In this document: one piece after another, positions 38,089 to 47,291 of the stretch
Position numbering within the stretch: position 1 is the stretch's first letter
How the letters are laid out: every line of letters starts with the position of its first letter
NCBI GenBank assembly: GCA_943787795.1
Contig: CALSNU010000002.1
Coordinates: forward strand, 544,001-608,000
From: an uncultured bacterium
Lineage (GTDB): Bacteria > Planctomycetota > UBA1135 > GCA-002686595
Direction of reading: 5' to 3'
Length of the DNA: 64,000 bases
Notes under the pieces: model-generated
Database searches by the model: none
Seen by the model: only the letters and a program-made list of their open reading frames with translations
Told to the model about the DNA's origin: nothing
Made by a program: the position numbers and the translations under genes

Positions 38089-39611
38089 GGCGTCACCCCG
38101 AGGGCCATCTGGGCCGCGGCCACGGTCTCGGGCCAGGAGATCCACCAGAGTCCAGCGAGGACCGTCAGCGTCAGGGCGAGACCCACGGCTCGCGGCCGGG
38201 ATCGAACCTGCAGCCCGTGGGACAGGAACCCCGCGGACAAGGCGATCAGGACGGGCTCGAGGGGCACCCGGAAGCGCGACATCGCCACGAGGAGCGACGT
38301 CAACACGACGTAGCCGATGAGCACGGAGAAGACCGTGCGGCACGGACCTCGACGTAGCGTGAGGAAGTAGCCGGCGGCGCCGAGGGCCATCGTGAGCGAC
38401 GAGATCAGGAGGGCAAGGAGCACCAGGGGGACGCGCAGGGCTCCGTGGACCGCGCCGCCTTCTGGGTACATGCCCATGGCCTGGTGGCGGGTGAAGAAGG
38501 AGAGCGGGGTGACGAGCTCGCTCCACTTCTTGAGGCGCGTTCGGAGGGTCCAGGCGGGGTGTTCCACGGCGAAGGCGAGTCCGGCGCGGAGCTGACTGGA
38601 GTGACGGTCGATCGCGTGGATGGACTCGAACTCCCGGTCCCATCCCGCATCCCTCACCTCGATCTCGCCGTTGCCATCTCGGTCCACCGGCGTCCAGCCG
38701 GCGGGGACCTCGGTGAAAGAGCTCCTGGCCAGGGTCTCGATCTGTGGGAGGCCCAGGTCCGCCCTTCGCTTGCGGAGGGGGAGGACGTCAAAGTTCATGG
38801 AGCGCGCATTCAGCCCCACGTAGACGTTCTCGCCCAGCGTGGCGCCACCGACGACGGTCCGACCGTAGACCTCATGGTTGCGCAGCGTCCAGGGGAGGGT
38901 GACCACAGCCACCGCGAGGAGGGGCAGCGTCGCGCGCCGCAGGGCCTCACCCAGCCCTGCTCCGCGGGATCGCCACGCCATCACGGCGGCGAGGATCGGC
39001 ACAAGGAAGAGGACGTACTCCTTGATGTAGAGCGCGAGTCCGAAGAGGACTCCGCTGAGGAGGAGTCGGAGAGTCGCCTCGTGATCCTCTCCCTCATCCG
39101 CGCGATCCAGGGCGCGGACGAAGTGCCAGAGCGCGGGGAGCAGCAGCGACAGGAAGACCGTCTCCGTCCAGAGGAAGTGGGTGTACGCGCCGAGCGGTAG
39201 GTCCACAGCCCAGAGCGCCCCCGCGATGATCGCTGCGCGTCGCGAGAACAGGCGCCACGCGAAGAGCATGGTGGTCACCCCGATGACGCTGGAGAGCGCC
39301 ACCTGGAGCGCCCGGAGCACGTTGAGCCCGTCGATCCCGAAGGCGTGGATCGACTTGGAGATGAGCCACGGATAGCCCGGCGGCCAGAAGTAGCGGTGCT
39401 GGTCGAGGTAGATCCCCAGGCGCTCCTTCACCAGGGCCAGGTAGAGGTAGTTCGCCTCGTCCGACTGGATATCAAGCGGCAGTACGAGCCACAGCAGGAT
39501 CCCCCGCAAGGCCACCCCGACAAGGGCGATGATGGCGATCGCCCTCCAGGGCACGCGCGCCAGCGGGCTCGCGGGCCTCGGGCTGTTGGCGTCGGTGGAG
39601 GCGGCGTTCAT
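38085..39611 (-). CDS. ArnT/PMT-like (GT-C fold) membrane glycosyltransferase
   Basis: SDEANY, WPPGYPW, WTETVF, PWTLRNHEVYG, SRFRVP; many TM segments. Confidence 0.82.
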   Translation of the reverse strand: MNAASTDANSPRPASPLARVPWRAIAIIALVGVALRGILLWLVLPLDIQSDEANYLYLALVKERLGIYLDQHRYFWPPGYPWLISKSIHAFGIDGLNVLRALQVALSSVIGVTTMLFAWRLFSRRAAIIAGALWAVDLPLGAYTHFLWTETVFLSLLLPALWHFVRALDRADEGEDHEATLRLLLSGVLFGLALYIKEYVLFLVPILAAVMAWRSRGAGLGEALRRATLPLLAVAVVTLPWTLRNHEVYGRTVVGGATLGENVYVGLNARSMNFDVLPLRKRRADLGLPQIETLARSSFTEVPAGWTPVDRDGNGEIEVRDAGWDREFESIHAIDRHSSQLRAGLAFAVEHPAWTLRTRLKKWSELVTPLSFFTRHQAMGMYPEGGAVHGALRVPLVLLALLISSLTMALGAAGYFLTLRRGPCRTVFSVLIGYVVLTSLLVAMSRFRVPLEPVLIALSAGFLSHGLQVRSRPRAVGLALTLTVLAGLWWISWPETVAAAQMALGVTP

Positions 39612-39893
39612 GGGGAGGCTGTGGACCGTGTGGTCGCGCGGTCGTGGGAGAGGATAGCACCGGGCCGGGTCCCTCCATCGTTCGAGCCGCGACCCGTGGA
39701 GCGCGGGGCCGGGTGCGAACCTCGCGCGCAGGCGGCATGATAGGGCCATGAAGTGGACGACACTCTCCGGGCCCGCAGGGCTCTGGTCTGACCCCGGCCA
39801 CACCGATGGGCACGTGGCGCTCGTCAGGTCGGCTGAACTCGGACCGGCGCCTGACCCCGGCGCGAGTCAGGCCGCGGCGGGAGTGAATTGGAC

Positions 39894-40349
39894 ATGAGTA
39901 TGGATGGGGAGCCGACGGCGTCCGGTGCGCCGGATCTCGTGCACCGGCACGTGCGAGTCGGGTGGCTGGCGCTGCTGGTCTTCCTTGCGGGCGGCATCGC
40001 GCTTGAAGCTCTCCACGGCTTCAAGGTGGACGCCTACCTGGGCGTGGATAACGAGACCCGGAAGCACCTCTGGACCCTCGCTCATGCCCACGGGACGCTG
40101 CTCGGCCTCGTGAACCTCGCCTTCGCGTGGACCCTGACGCGCGCCCCGGGGTTCTCCGCCGGAGCGCGATCAGTGGCCTCTCGCTGCATGATCGGCGCCA
40201 CGGTGCTGATGCCCGCAGGGTTCTTCCTGGGGGGGGTCGTCTTCTACGGCGGCGACCCTGGTGTGGGGATCTTGCTGCTCCCGATCGGCGCCGTGCTCCT
40301 GCTGGTCGCCGTGGCGCTGACGCTGCGCGGGACCCGGGTGGCGGGCTGA
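39894..40349 (+). CDS. Four-TM hypothetical membrane protein with His motifs
   Basis: LEALHG, LAHAHGTLLGLVN; four hydrophobic helices. Confidence 0.7.
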   Translation: MSMDGEPTASGAPDLVHRHVRVGWLALLVFLAGGIALEALHGFKVDAYLGVDNETRKHLWTLAHAHGTLLGLVNLAFAWTLTRAPGFSAGARSVASRCMIGATVLMPAGFFLGGVVFYGGDPGVGILLLPIGAVLLLVAVALTLRGTRVAG

Positions 40350-40368
40350 TAAGGCCTCCGCGGGCGGG

Positions 40369-42372
40369 TCACTCTGACAGGTACACCGGGGTCAGGTCAC
40401 GCTCCCGGAGCAGGCGGTTGTGCAGGGCGTCGGGGATGTCGACGCCGCTGCCCTGGGCTCGCCAGCGCTCGAGGATCTGGTCCCGGACCCGCTCGCGGTC
40501 TGCCTCGTCCGCAAGGAAGTCCACGTCCATCGATTCATAGCCCGGCTGGAGCCGGAGGGCGCGCATGGCGTTGAAGCGCACGGCGTCGTAGGTGTCGAGC
40601 ATGAGGGTGGCCAGCAGGCGCTCCATCCACCCGCTCACAGACGCCTCCAGAGCCGGCTCCCAACCCATGGCCCAGGCGACGAGGCCGCGTTGACCCGCGT
40701 CACCGCGGAGCGCCGCCACGACGCCGACGGGGATGTCTCGATCGTCGGCTCCCATGGGTACCGGGTCGGCGCCGAACCCCTCCACGAGGGCCTCGTTGAC
40801 CCACCCGAGGGAGCGGTCGAGGTGGCACATGCTGCATGCGTTGGGGCGGCCCGTTTCGAGCTGGACCTGAACGCTGGGCGATGAGATCTCGTGGGAGCGT
40901 GTCGCCTTCATCAGGCCCCAGCTCGTGTGGGGCATGTGGCAGTTGGTGCACGAGCTACCGCTCGAGTCGACGGGGTGGCGCGTGTGGCTCGCGAGGGCGC
41001 GGTCGCCGCTGTACTCCTCGTGGCACTGCAGGCACGACGCGTTGGAGCGCATATCCGGCGCGAGCTGATCGTCGGTCCACTCCTCGATCGGCTGAGCGGG
41101 CCGCTCACCGTCACCGGTGAAGCGGTGGGCGGAGTGACAGGACGAGCAGGTCATGATCCCTCGTTCGGGGTCCCCGTGGGCGTAGCACGGGGAGCGCTGG
41201 AGGCCGTTGAACTCGCGCCCACCCACCCGGATCATCCCGTCCGACCAGAAGTGGTTCCGGACGAACCCTGGTTTGGAGCGGGCGAGCTCCTCGGTCCCTC
41301 GCTTTCGCCGTCCGCCGTAGACGATCTGGCTCGCCTCGAGGTCCCCGCCGGGCCGGTAGGGGTTGCCGTATTCCTGCGCGTCTTCGAACTGCTTGGGCAC
41401 CAGCGCGTGGACCGAGTGGCACTGGGCGCAGACGTGGGCTGACGCCTTCGCGTCGAGCCGGGTGGGGAGGACGATCGACTCATCCGCCGTGTCGGTGAGG
41501 TGCTGCTGGTACCGGCGCAGGGGGTTGCGGTTCAGGCTAGCGTGCACGTCGCCGGGCCCGTGGCAGGCCTCGCAGGAGATCCCGTACTCCCCGACCTCGG
41601 TCTCCGCGGCGGCCGTCGCGGCCGGCGTCATCGCCAGCATGCGTGAGCGAGCGTCGGTGGTGTGGCACTTCACGCAGTGGGTGTTCCAGCGCCCCACGTC
41701 CTCCTTGGCGTGGAACTCCGGGCGCATCAGGAACACCGAGGACCAGGGGATCCAGCGCTGCTCCTCGATGTGGAAGTAGAGGGGAAACATGCCGAGGCCG
41801 CGCTGGTCGCCGAAGCTGTACCAGAACACCTGCATGTGGTGGCTGCCGGTGACCTGGGTGAGGCGCACGGTCTTCACCTGCGAGCTCTCCCCGTCCGACG
41901 AGTCGAGGGGGAACGACCCGAAGTACTCGTCGCCCCGCCGCTCGAGGCGGTAGTCCCGGCCCCGCACCTTCAGGTCGCCCTCGAAGGTGGCCTGCACGGT
42001 CGCAGGCTCGACGACCTGGGTCATGGTGCTGTGGTACGACTCGTGCCACGTGGCGTACTGGCCGGGGTGGCACGCGCGACAGTCGTTGGAGGTGAGGTAG
42101 CCCTCGCTGGGGCGCTCGAGGACCCGGTCTGTCGGCGGCTCGGGGGCGTGGAAGGGGAGGGACGGATCGCTCCCGAACCAGAACCCGGCTCCCGCGGAGA
42201 GGACCAGCGCCAGGGCTGCCGCCCGCATGGGAGAGGCCAGCCCTGCGGGCAGGAGGCACGCGAGGGCCGCGACGAGGCCGAGGACCACGGCCGCTGCCAG
42301 CACGCCGCCCGAGAGCGACGCCCCCGCGAGGGCCAGTGAAGCGGCCCCGCCCAGCACGCTCAGCGTGAGCAA
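40369..42372 (-). CDS. Membrane-anchored octaheme c-type cytochrome
   Basis: Eight CxxCH motifs (CRACH, CVKCH, CEACH, CAQCH, CSSCH, CLQCH, CTNCH, CSMCH); TTG start 6 nt after GGAGG; hydrophobic N-terminus. Confidence 0.88.
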   Translation of the reverse strand: MLTLSVLGGAASLALAGASLSGGVLAAAVVLGLVAALACLLPAGLASPMRAAALALVLSAGAGFWFGSDPSLPFHAPEPPTDRVLERPSEGYLTSNDCRACHPGQYATWHESYHSTMTQVVEPATVQATFEGDLKVRGRDYRLERRGDEYFGSFPLDSSDGESSQVKTVRLTQVTGSHHMQVFWYSFGDQRGLGMFPLYFHIEEQRWIPWSSVFLMRPEFHAKEDVGRWNTHCVKCHTTDARSRMLAMTPAATAAAETEVGEYGISCEACHGPGDVHASLNRNPLRRYQQHLTDTADESIVLPTRLDAKASAHVCAQCHSVHALVPKQFEDAQEYGNPYRPGGDLEASQIVYGGRRKRGTEELARSKPGFVRNHFWSDGMIRVGGREFNGLQRSPCYAHGDPERGIMTCSSCHSAHRFTGDGERPAQPIEEWTDDQLAPDMRSNASCLQCHEEYSGDRALASHTRHPVDSSGSSCTNCHMPHTSWGLMKATRSHEISSPSVQVQLETGRPNACSMCHLDRSLGWVNEALVEGFGADPVPMGADDRDIPVGVVAALRGDAGQRGLVAWAMGWEPALEASVSGWMERLLATLMLDTYDAVRFNAMRALRLQPGYESMDVDFLADEADRERVRDQILERWRAQGSGVDIPDALHNRLLRERDLTPVYLSE

Positions 42373-42493
42373 GCTCGGCCTCCGAGTCGGACGAGGTGAT
42401 CCATCCCTTGAAGATAGGACGGGGGGCGGCGAGGCGGGAGCGATGGGGGAGCGGAACCCCTCCGCTCTCGGTCCGATGCCCCCCGAGTCCCTT

Positions 42494-42535
42494 TCGTGGA
42501 CGAGGAGACTCGTGGACGAGGAGACTCGTGGACGG
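42494..42535. repeat. 16-bp direct repeat (~2.6 copies) in a divergent intergenic region
   Basis: tcgtggacgaggagac x2 plus tcgtggacgg. Confidence 0.85.
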
Positions 42536-42678
42536 GGTTGCGACCCGTTGCCGCTGAGGCTGAACCGCCCCTCGGGCAGCGGGCTCCTGCTTTGCAATCA
42601 AGGCGAGTCGCGGCTCGGGGCCTGAGGGCTCCGCGCGCTCGGGGTAGGGTGGTGCCCTCCCCAGCCCTGAAGTTCGCC

Positions 42679-44280
42679 ATGAAGACCCACGCTCCCAGCT
42701 CCGCCCGACCCACAGCTGCGACCGTCCTCCTCCTTTGCCTTGCCGGTGCTCAGATGACGGGCCCGGGGGCCGCGGCGACCCAGGAGCCAGAGACTCCCCC
42801 GGCGGCGAGCCTCCCCACCGAAGACCCGGCCATCGAGCGGCTGCACCCGATGCTCGCCCCGGTCATCGAGCAGGGGCCCTTCGCGCCGTCCTGGGCCTCC
42901 CTCGTCACGCACCCGCTGCCTCGCTGGTTCCAGGAGTCCAAGGTCGGGATCAGCGCCCACTGGGGCCCCTACGCTGTGCCCGGGTGGACGCCGCGGAAGG
43001 ACTCCCCGTACGGCGTGGCCTACGCGGAGTGGTACTGGCAGTGGATGCAATCCAACCAGGCGGTCAAGGAGCACCACGCGCGGGTCTACGGGGGCGTGCC
43101 CTACGACGCCTTCATCGACGGCACGCCGAACCTCGAGACCGGGCTTGAGGAGGCCTTCACCACGGAGGCCTTCGACGCCGACGCGTGGATGGAGCTCTTC
43201 GAGCGGGCCGGCGCCAAGTACTTCTTCATCACGGCCAAGCACCACGACGGGTTCTGCCTCTTTGACAGCGCCTACACCGGGCGGGACGCGGTGGACTGCG
43301 GACCGAAGCGCGACCTCTACGGCGAGCTCGTCACCGCCGCGCGCAAGCGGGGGATCCGGGTTGGGCTGTACTATTCCTTCTACGAGTGGTTCAACCCGGC
43401 CTATACCGGCCGGCCCGAGCACGCGGGCTACCAGGGGTTCCAGACCCTGGAGGACCGCGACCTCGACGGGGACCCCTCCGAGTACGTGGACGACTTCATG
43501 ATCCCCCAGATCAAGGAGTTGATCGACCGCTACCACCCCGACAGCCTGTGCTTCGACGGGGAGTGGGAGCACGGCTACCCCCACTGGCGCGGCCGCCAGA
43601 TCATCGCCTACTACTACAACCAGGCCGCCGAGCGAGGCCAGCAGGTGGCGGTCAACGACCGCTTCGGCCAGGCCAAGGAGGGCGTCTCGGACACCCGCGG
43701 CGTGTACGGCGACTTCTACCACGTCGAGTACCACGCGGACATCGACCGCACCAAGCCCTGGGCCATGTGGCGCGGCTTCGGCAACAGCTACGGCTACAAC
43801 CGCAATGAGCACGAGGGCAACATCCTGACGCCGGTGGAGACCGTGCAGATGGTGGTGGACGTGGTCTCCGACAACGGGAACATCGAGTTCAACCTCGGGC
43901 CCAAGGCGGACGGCACCCTGGCGGCCTTCGAGGTCGAGCGGCTCGAGGCCATGGGCCGCTGGCTGGGCGTCAACGGCGAGGCCATCTACGGCGCGGCCAA
44001 GAGCCCCTTTGGCGCGCAGGCGTTCGGGCGCACCACCTGGAACCCAGGACGCCAGCGGCTCTTCGCCCACGTCTATCGCTGGCCGGAGGCTGGCGTGATC
44101 GTGCTGAAGGGGGCCAAGATCGAGCCCACCGCCGCCTCTCTCCTGGCCCGTCCGGCCGACCCGGTGGCCTTCAAGGTGACCGATGAGGGCCTCGAGCTCC
44201 GGCTCACCGGGGCCGCCCCCGACCCCGCGGTCAGCGTCATCGCCATCGACTTCGAGGGCACCATCGAGCCCCTCGACTGA
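42679..44280 (+). CDS. Alpha-L-fucosidase (GH29)
   Basis: HWGPYAVP, AEWYW, TAKHHDGFCLF, FDGEW, VNDR, NLGPKADG, WLGVNGEAIYG; signal-like N-terminus. Confidence 0.93.
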   Translation: MKTHAPSSARPTAATVLLLCLAGAQMTGPGAAATQEPETPPAASLPTEDPAIERLHPMLAPVIEQGPFAPSWASLVTHPLPRWFQESKVGISAHWGPYAVPGWTPRKDSPYGVAYAEWYWQWMQSNQAVKEHHARVYGGVPYDAFIDGTPNLETGLEEAFTTEAFDADAWMELFERAGAKYFFITAKHHDGFCLFDSAYTGRDAVDCGPKRDLYGELVTAARKRGIRVGLYYSFYEWFNPAYTGRPEHAGYQGFQTLEDRDLDGDPSEYVDDFMIPQIKELIDRYHPDSLCFDGEWEHGYPHWRGRQIIAYYYNQAAERGQQVAVNDRFGQAKEGVSDTRGVYGDFYHVEYHADIDRTKPWAMWRGFGNSYGYNRNEHEGNILTPVETVQMVVDVVSDNGNIEFNLGPKADGTLAAFEVERLEAMGRWLGVNGEAIYGAAKSPFGAQAFGRTTWNPGRQRLFAHVYRWPEAGVIVLKGAKIEPTAASLLARPADPVAFKVTDEGLELRLTGAAPDPAVSVIAIDFEGTIEPLD

Positions 44281-44330
44281 ACCCCTCGACTGAACCACTC
44301 GCCTGAACCACTCGACGGACCCACTCGCAC
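44269..44330. repeat. 13-bp tandem repeat (~4.7 copies) starting at the fucosidase stop codon
   Basis: cccctcgactgaa x2, ccactcgcctgaa, ccactcgacggac, ccactcgcac. Confidence 0.85.
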
Positions 44331-44351
44331 CCCAGAGCCACCCCCATCCCC

Positions 44352-45857
44352 ATGAACCCCTCCAGCAAGCCACTCCTCCGCCGCGACGTCCTCCGCGGGA
44401 CCACCGCCGCCGCGGGCCTCGTCGCCGCGCCGGGCCTCTTCCCTGCACCGGCCCTCGCCCTCGGGGGCCGTACCCAGGAAGGGGTCATCCGCGTCGGGGT
44501 CGTCGGGCTCAGGGGCCGCGGCGGCAACCACATCCAGGGCTTCTCACGGCTCGATGGCGTCGAGGTCGTGGCGCTGTGTGACGTGGACGCCGGCGTCCTC
44601 GAGCGGCGCGCCGCCGAGCTGGAGCCGGGCGTGAGCAAGGGGGACCGCAGGGTGGCCGTGTTCGAGGACGTCCGCGACATGCTCGCCCGCGACGACATCG
44701 ACGCGGTGTCCCTCGCGACCCCGAATCACCTCCACGCCCTCCACACCATCTGGGCCTGCGAGGCGGGCAAGGACGTGTACGTGGAGAAGCCGGTGAGCCA
44801 CAACATCTGGGAGGGGCGCCGCATGGTCGAGGTGGCCGAGCGGACGGGTCGCATTGTTCAGTCCGGCATGCAGAGCCGCTCCCACCGGGCCGTTCAGGAG
44901 TCCATCGCGTGGCTCGACGCCGGCGGGATCGGGGCTCCCCGTTACGCCCAGGGCCTCTGCTACAAGCCGCGCAAGAGCATCGGTCTCATCGACGGGCCGA
45001 AGGCGCCGCCCGCGGGCGTGAACCATGACCTGTGGTCGGGGCCCCGGGAGGCCGGGCCGGTCGAGCGGCAGCAGTACCACTACGACTGGCACTGGCAGTT
45101 CCCCTTCGGCAACGGAGACTTCGGCAACCAGGGCGTCCACCAGGTGGATCTGTGCCGGCGCATGCTCGGCGTGAGCAAGCTCCCGCGCCGGACGGTCGCC
45201 GTGGGGGGGCGCTTCGGCTACGAGGACGACGGCACCACGCCCAACTCCATGTTCGCTTTTTACGACCTCGATCCGGCGCCGATGATCTTCGAGGTCCGCG
45301 GGCTCCCCAGGGACCTCGAGGCCCAGACGAACGGGAAGTGGGGGGGCAGCATGGACCGTGAATTCGGGCTCACCATTGGCTCCCTGCTGCACGCCGAGGA
45401 CGGCCGCCTCGCCATCAGCTCCAACTACGGCCGCGCCATCGCCTACGACCGCAAGGGAGAGGAGATCCGCCGCTGGGAGGGTGGCGGCGACCACTTCGCG
45501 AACTTCATCGACGCGGTCCGCAAGCGCGATCCGGAGGTGCTCAACGCCGACGTGAACGAGGGGCACATCTCCGCCGCGTACTGCCACCTCGCCAACGACT
45601 CCTACATGCTCGGCTGCGAGGACTCCATGGGCTCCATCGAGCGGACCCTCGGCGGCGATCCCGAGGCCCAGGACGCGGCGCGGCGGTTCGCGGCGCACCT
45701 CAAGGCCAACGGGGTCAACCTCGATGAGCACCGCCCGACCTTCGGGCGCGTGCTGGCGGTGGACCGCGAGGAGGAGCGCTACGTCGGTGACGACGAGGCC
45801 ACCGCGCTCATGCGCGGCACCTACCGCGACGGCTTCGCCGTGCCTGGAAAGGGCTGA
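44352..45857 (+). CDS. Tat-exported Gfo/Idh/MocA oxidoreductase
   Basis: RRDVL Tat motif; GVVGLRGRG, ATPNHLH, VYVEKP, GNQGVH. Confidence 0.92.
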   Translation: MNPSSKPLLRRDVLRGTTAAAGLVAAPGLFPAPALALGGRTQEGVIRVGVVGLRGRGGNHIQGFSRLDGVEVVALCDVDAGVLERRAAELEPGVSKGDRRVAVFEDVRDMLARDDIDAVSLATPNHLHALHTIWACEAGKDVYVEKPVSHNIWEGRRMVEVAERTGRIVQSGMQSRSHRAVQESIAWLDAGGIGAPRYAQGLCYKPRKSIGLIDGPKAPPAGVNHDLWSGPREAGPVERQQYHYDWHWQFPFGNGDFGNQGVHQVDLCRRMLGVSKLPRRTVAVGGRFGYEDDGTTPNSMFAFYDLDPAPMIFEVRGLPRDLEAQTNGKWGGSMDREFGLTIGSLLHAEDGRLAISSNYGRAIAYDRKGEEIRRWEGGGDHFANFIDAVRKRDPEVLNADVNEGHISAAYCHLANDSYMLGCEDSMGSIERTLGGDPEAQDAARRFAAHLKANGVNLDEHRPTFGRVLAVDREEERYVGDDEATALMRGTYRDGFAVPGKG

Positions 45858-45890
45858 TCCGAGCCTCGCGTGGATGAACGGCCGGCGAGG

Positions 45891-47291
45891 TCAGGCGAGG
45901 ATGTCCCTCGCCACCTCGCCGTGCACGTCCGTCAGGCGGAAGTCCCGGCCGGCGTAGGGGTAGGTGAGTTGCTCGTGGTCGAGGCCGAGGATGTGGAGGA
46001 TCGTGGCGTGCCAGTCGTGGATGGACACGCGGCCCGCCACGGCCTCGATCCCGTTCTCGTCGGTGGCGCCGTGGGAGAAGCCCCCCTTCACGCCGCCGCC
46101 CGCCATCCAGGAGGTGAAGCCGCGGTTGTTGTGGTCCCGGCCGTCGCCGTTCTGCGCGTAGGGCGTCCGGCCGAACTCACCGCTCCACACCACGAGGGTC
46201 TCGTCGAGCATCCCGGAGCGGGCCAGGTCGGCGAGCAGGGCGGCGATGGGCCTGTCGATCTCGCGGCACTTGGCGGGCAGGTCCTCCCGCAGGTTGCGGT
46301 GGTGGTCCCAGCCCCCCATGCCCACCTCGATGAAGCGCACGCCCGACTCGGCCAGGTGCCGCGCGATCAGGCACTGGCGGCCGAAGGCGTCCGTCTCGGG
46401 CGTCCCGATGCCGTAGGCCTCAAGGGTCCTCTTCTTCTCCTTGGAGATGTCGAGCAGCTCAGGCAGCTCGCTCTGCATCCGGAAGGCGAGCTCGTAGGAC
46501 TGGATCACCGCGTCGATCTCATCGCTCCCGCGGCGCCGCTTCGCGTTCGTCTCGTTGAGCTTGCGCAGCAGGTCCAGCTGCGCGCGCTGCTGCTTGTCGG
46601 ACTGCCGCGGGTTGCGGATGTCGGACACCGGGTCCTTGGCCTGCCGGCCGCGCTGCCCGCCGCCCGAGACCTTGATCGGCATGCCCTGGAACGTGGCGGG
46701 GAGGAAGGAGCTCCCGTAGTTCTGGGCGCCGCCCTGGTTCCGGGGCGGGTTCAGGGTCACAAAGCCGGGGAGGTTCTCGTTCTCGGTGCCCAGCCCGTAC
46801 AGGGTCCAGGCGCCCATGGACGGCCGCACGAACTGGAAGCTCCCGGTGTGCAGCTTGGTGGTGGCCTGGGCGTGGGCGGGGACGTCGGTGTGCATCCCGT
46901 GCAGCAGGCACAGGTGGTCGGCCTGCTTGCCGATCTCGGGGAGCAGCTCGGAGATCATCAGCCCGCTCTTCCCGCCGGGCTTGAAGGCCCAGGGCGAACC
47001 CATCAGCTTGGCGCCGCGGCGGAAGCCCGAGAGGCTCGCGCCGTCGCGCTTGGTCAGCATGGGCTTGTGGTCGAAGGTGTCCACGTGGGACGGCGCGCCC
47101 GTCATGCAGAGGAAGATGACGCGCTTGGCCCGCGCGGGGAGCCGGCCGCCGGCGGCGACGGGGCTCCCGGCCGCGGCGACACCATTCAGGGCCAGCATGC
47201 CGAAGCCGGAGGAGAGCAGCCGGAGCGCGTCGCGACGGCTCGGGGTGGAGAACGGGTTCATCTGGATGTCCTGTTGCTGCGACCTGTTCAA
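45891..47291 (-). CDS. DUF1501 family protein
   Basis: SRRDAL, AKRVIFLCMTGAPSHVDTFD, GWDHH, GEFGRTP, GRDFRLTDVHG; start may be the second Met (MNPFS). Confidence 0.93.
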   Translation of the reverse strand: MNRSQQQDIQMNPFSTPSRRDALRLLSSGFGMLALNGVAAAGSPVAAGGRLPARAKRVIFLCMTGAPSHVDTFDHKPMLTKRDGASLSGFRRGAKLMGSPWAFKPGGKSGLMISELLPEIGKQADHLCLLHGMHTDVPAHAQATTKLHTGSFQFVRPSMGAWTLYGLGTENENLPGFVTLNPPRNQGGAQNYGSSFLPATFQGMPIKVSGGGQRGRQAKDPVSDIRNPRQSDKQQRAQLDLLRKLNETNAKRRRGSDEIDAVIQSYELAFRMQSELPELLDISKEKKRTLEAYGIGTPETDAFGRQCLIARHLAESGVRFIEVGMGGWDHHRNLREDLPAKCREIDRPIAALLADLARSGMLDETLVVWSGEFGRTPYAQNGDGRDHNNRGFTSWMAGGGVKGGFSHGATDENGIEAVAGRVSIHDWHATILHILGLDHEQLTYPYAGRDFRLTDVHGEVARDILA

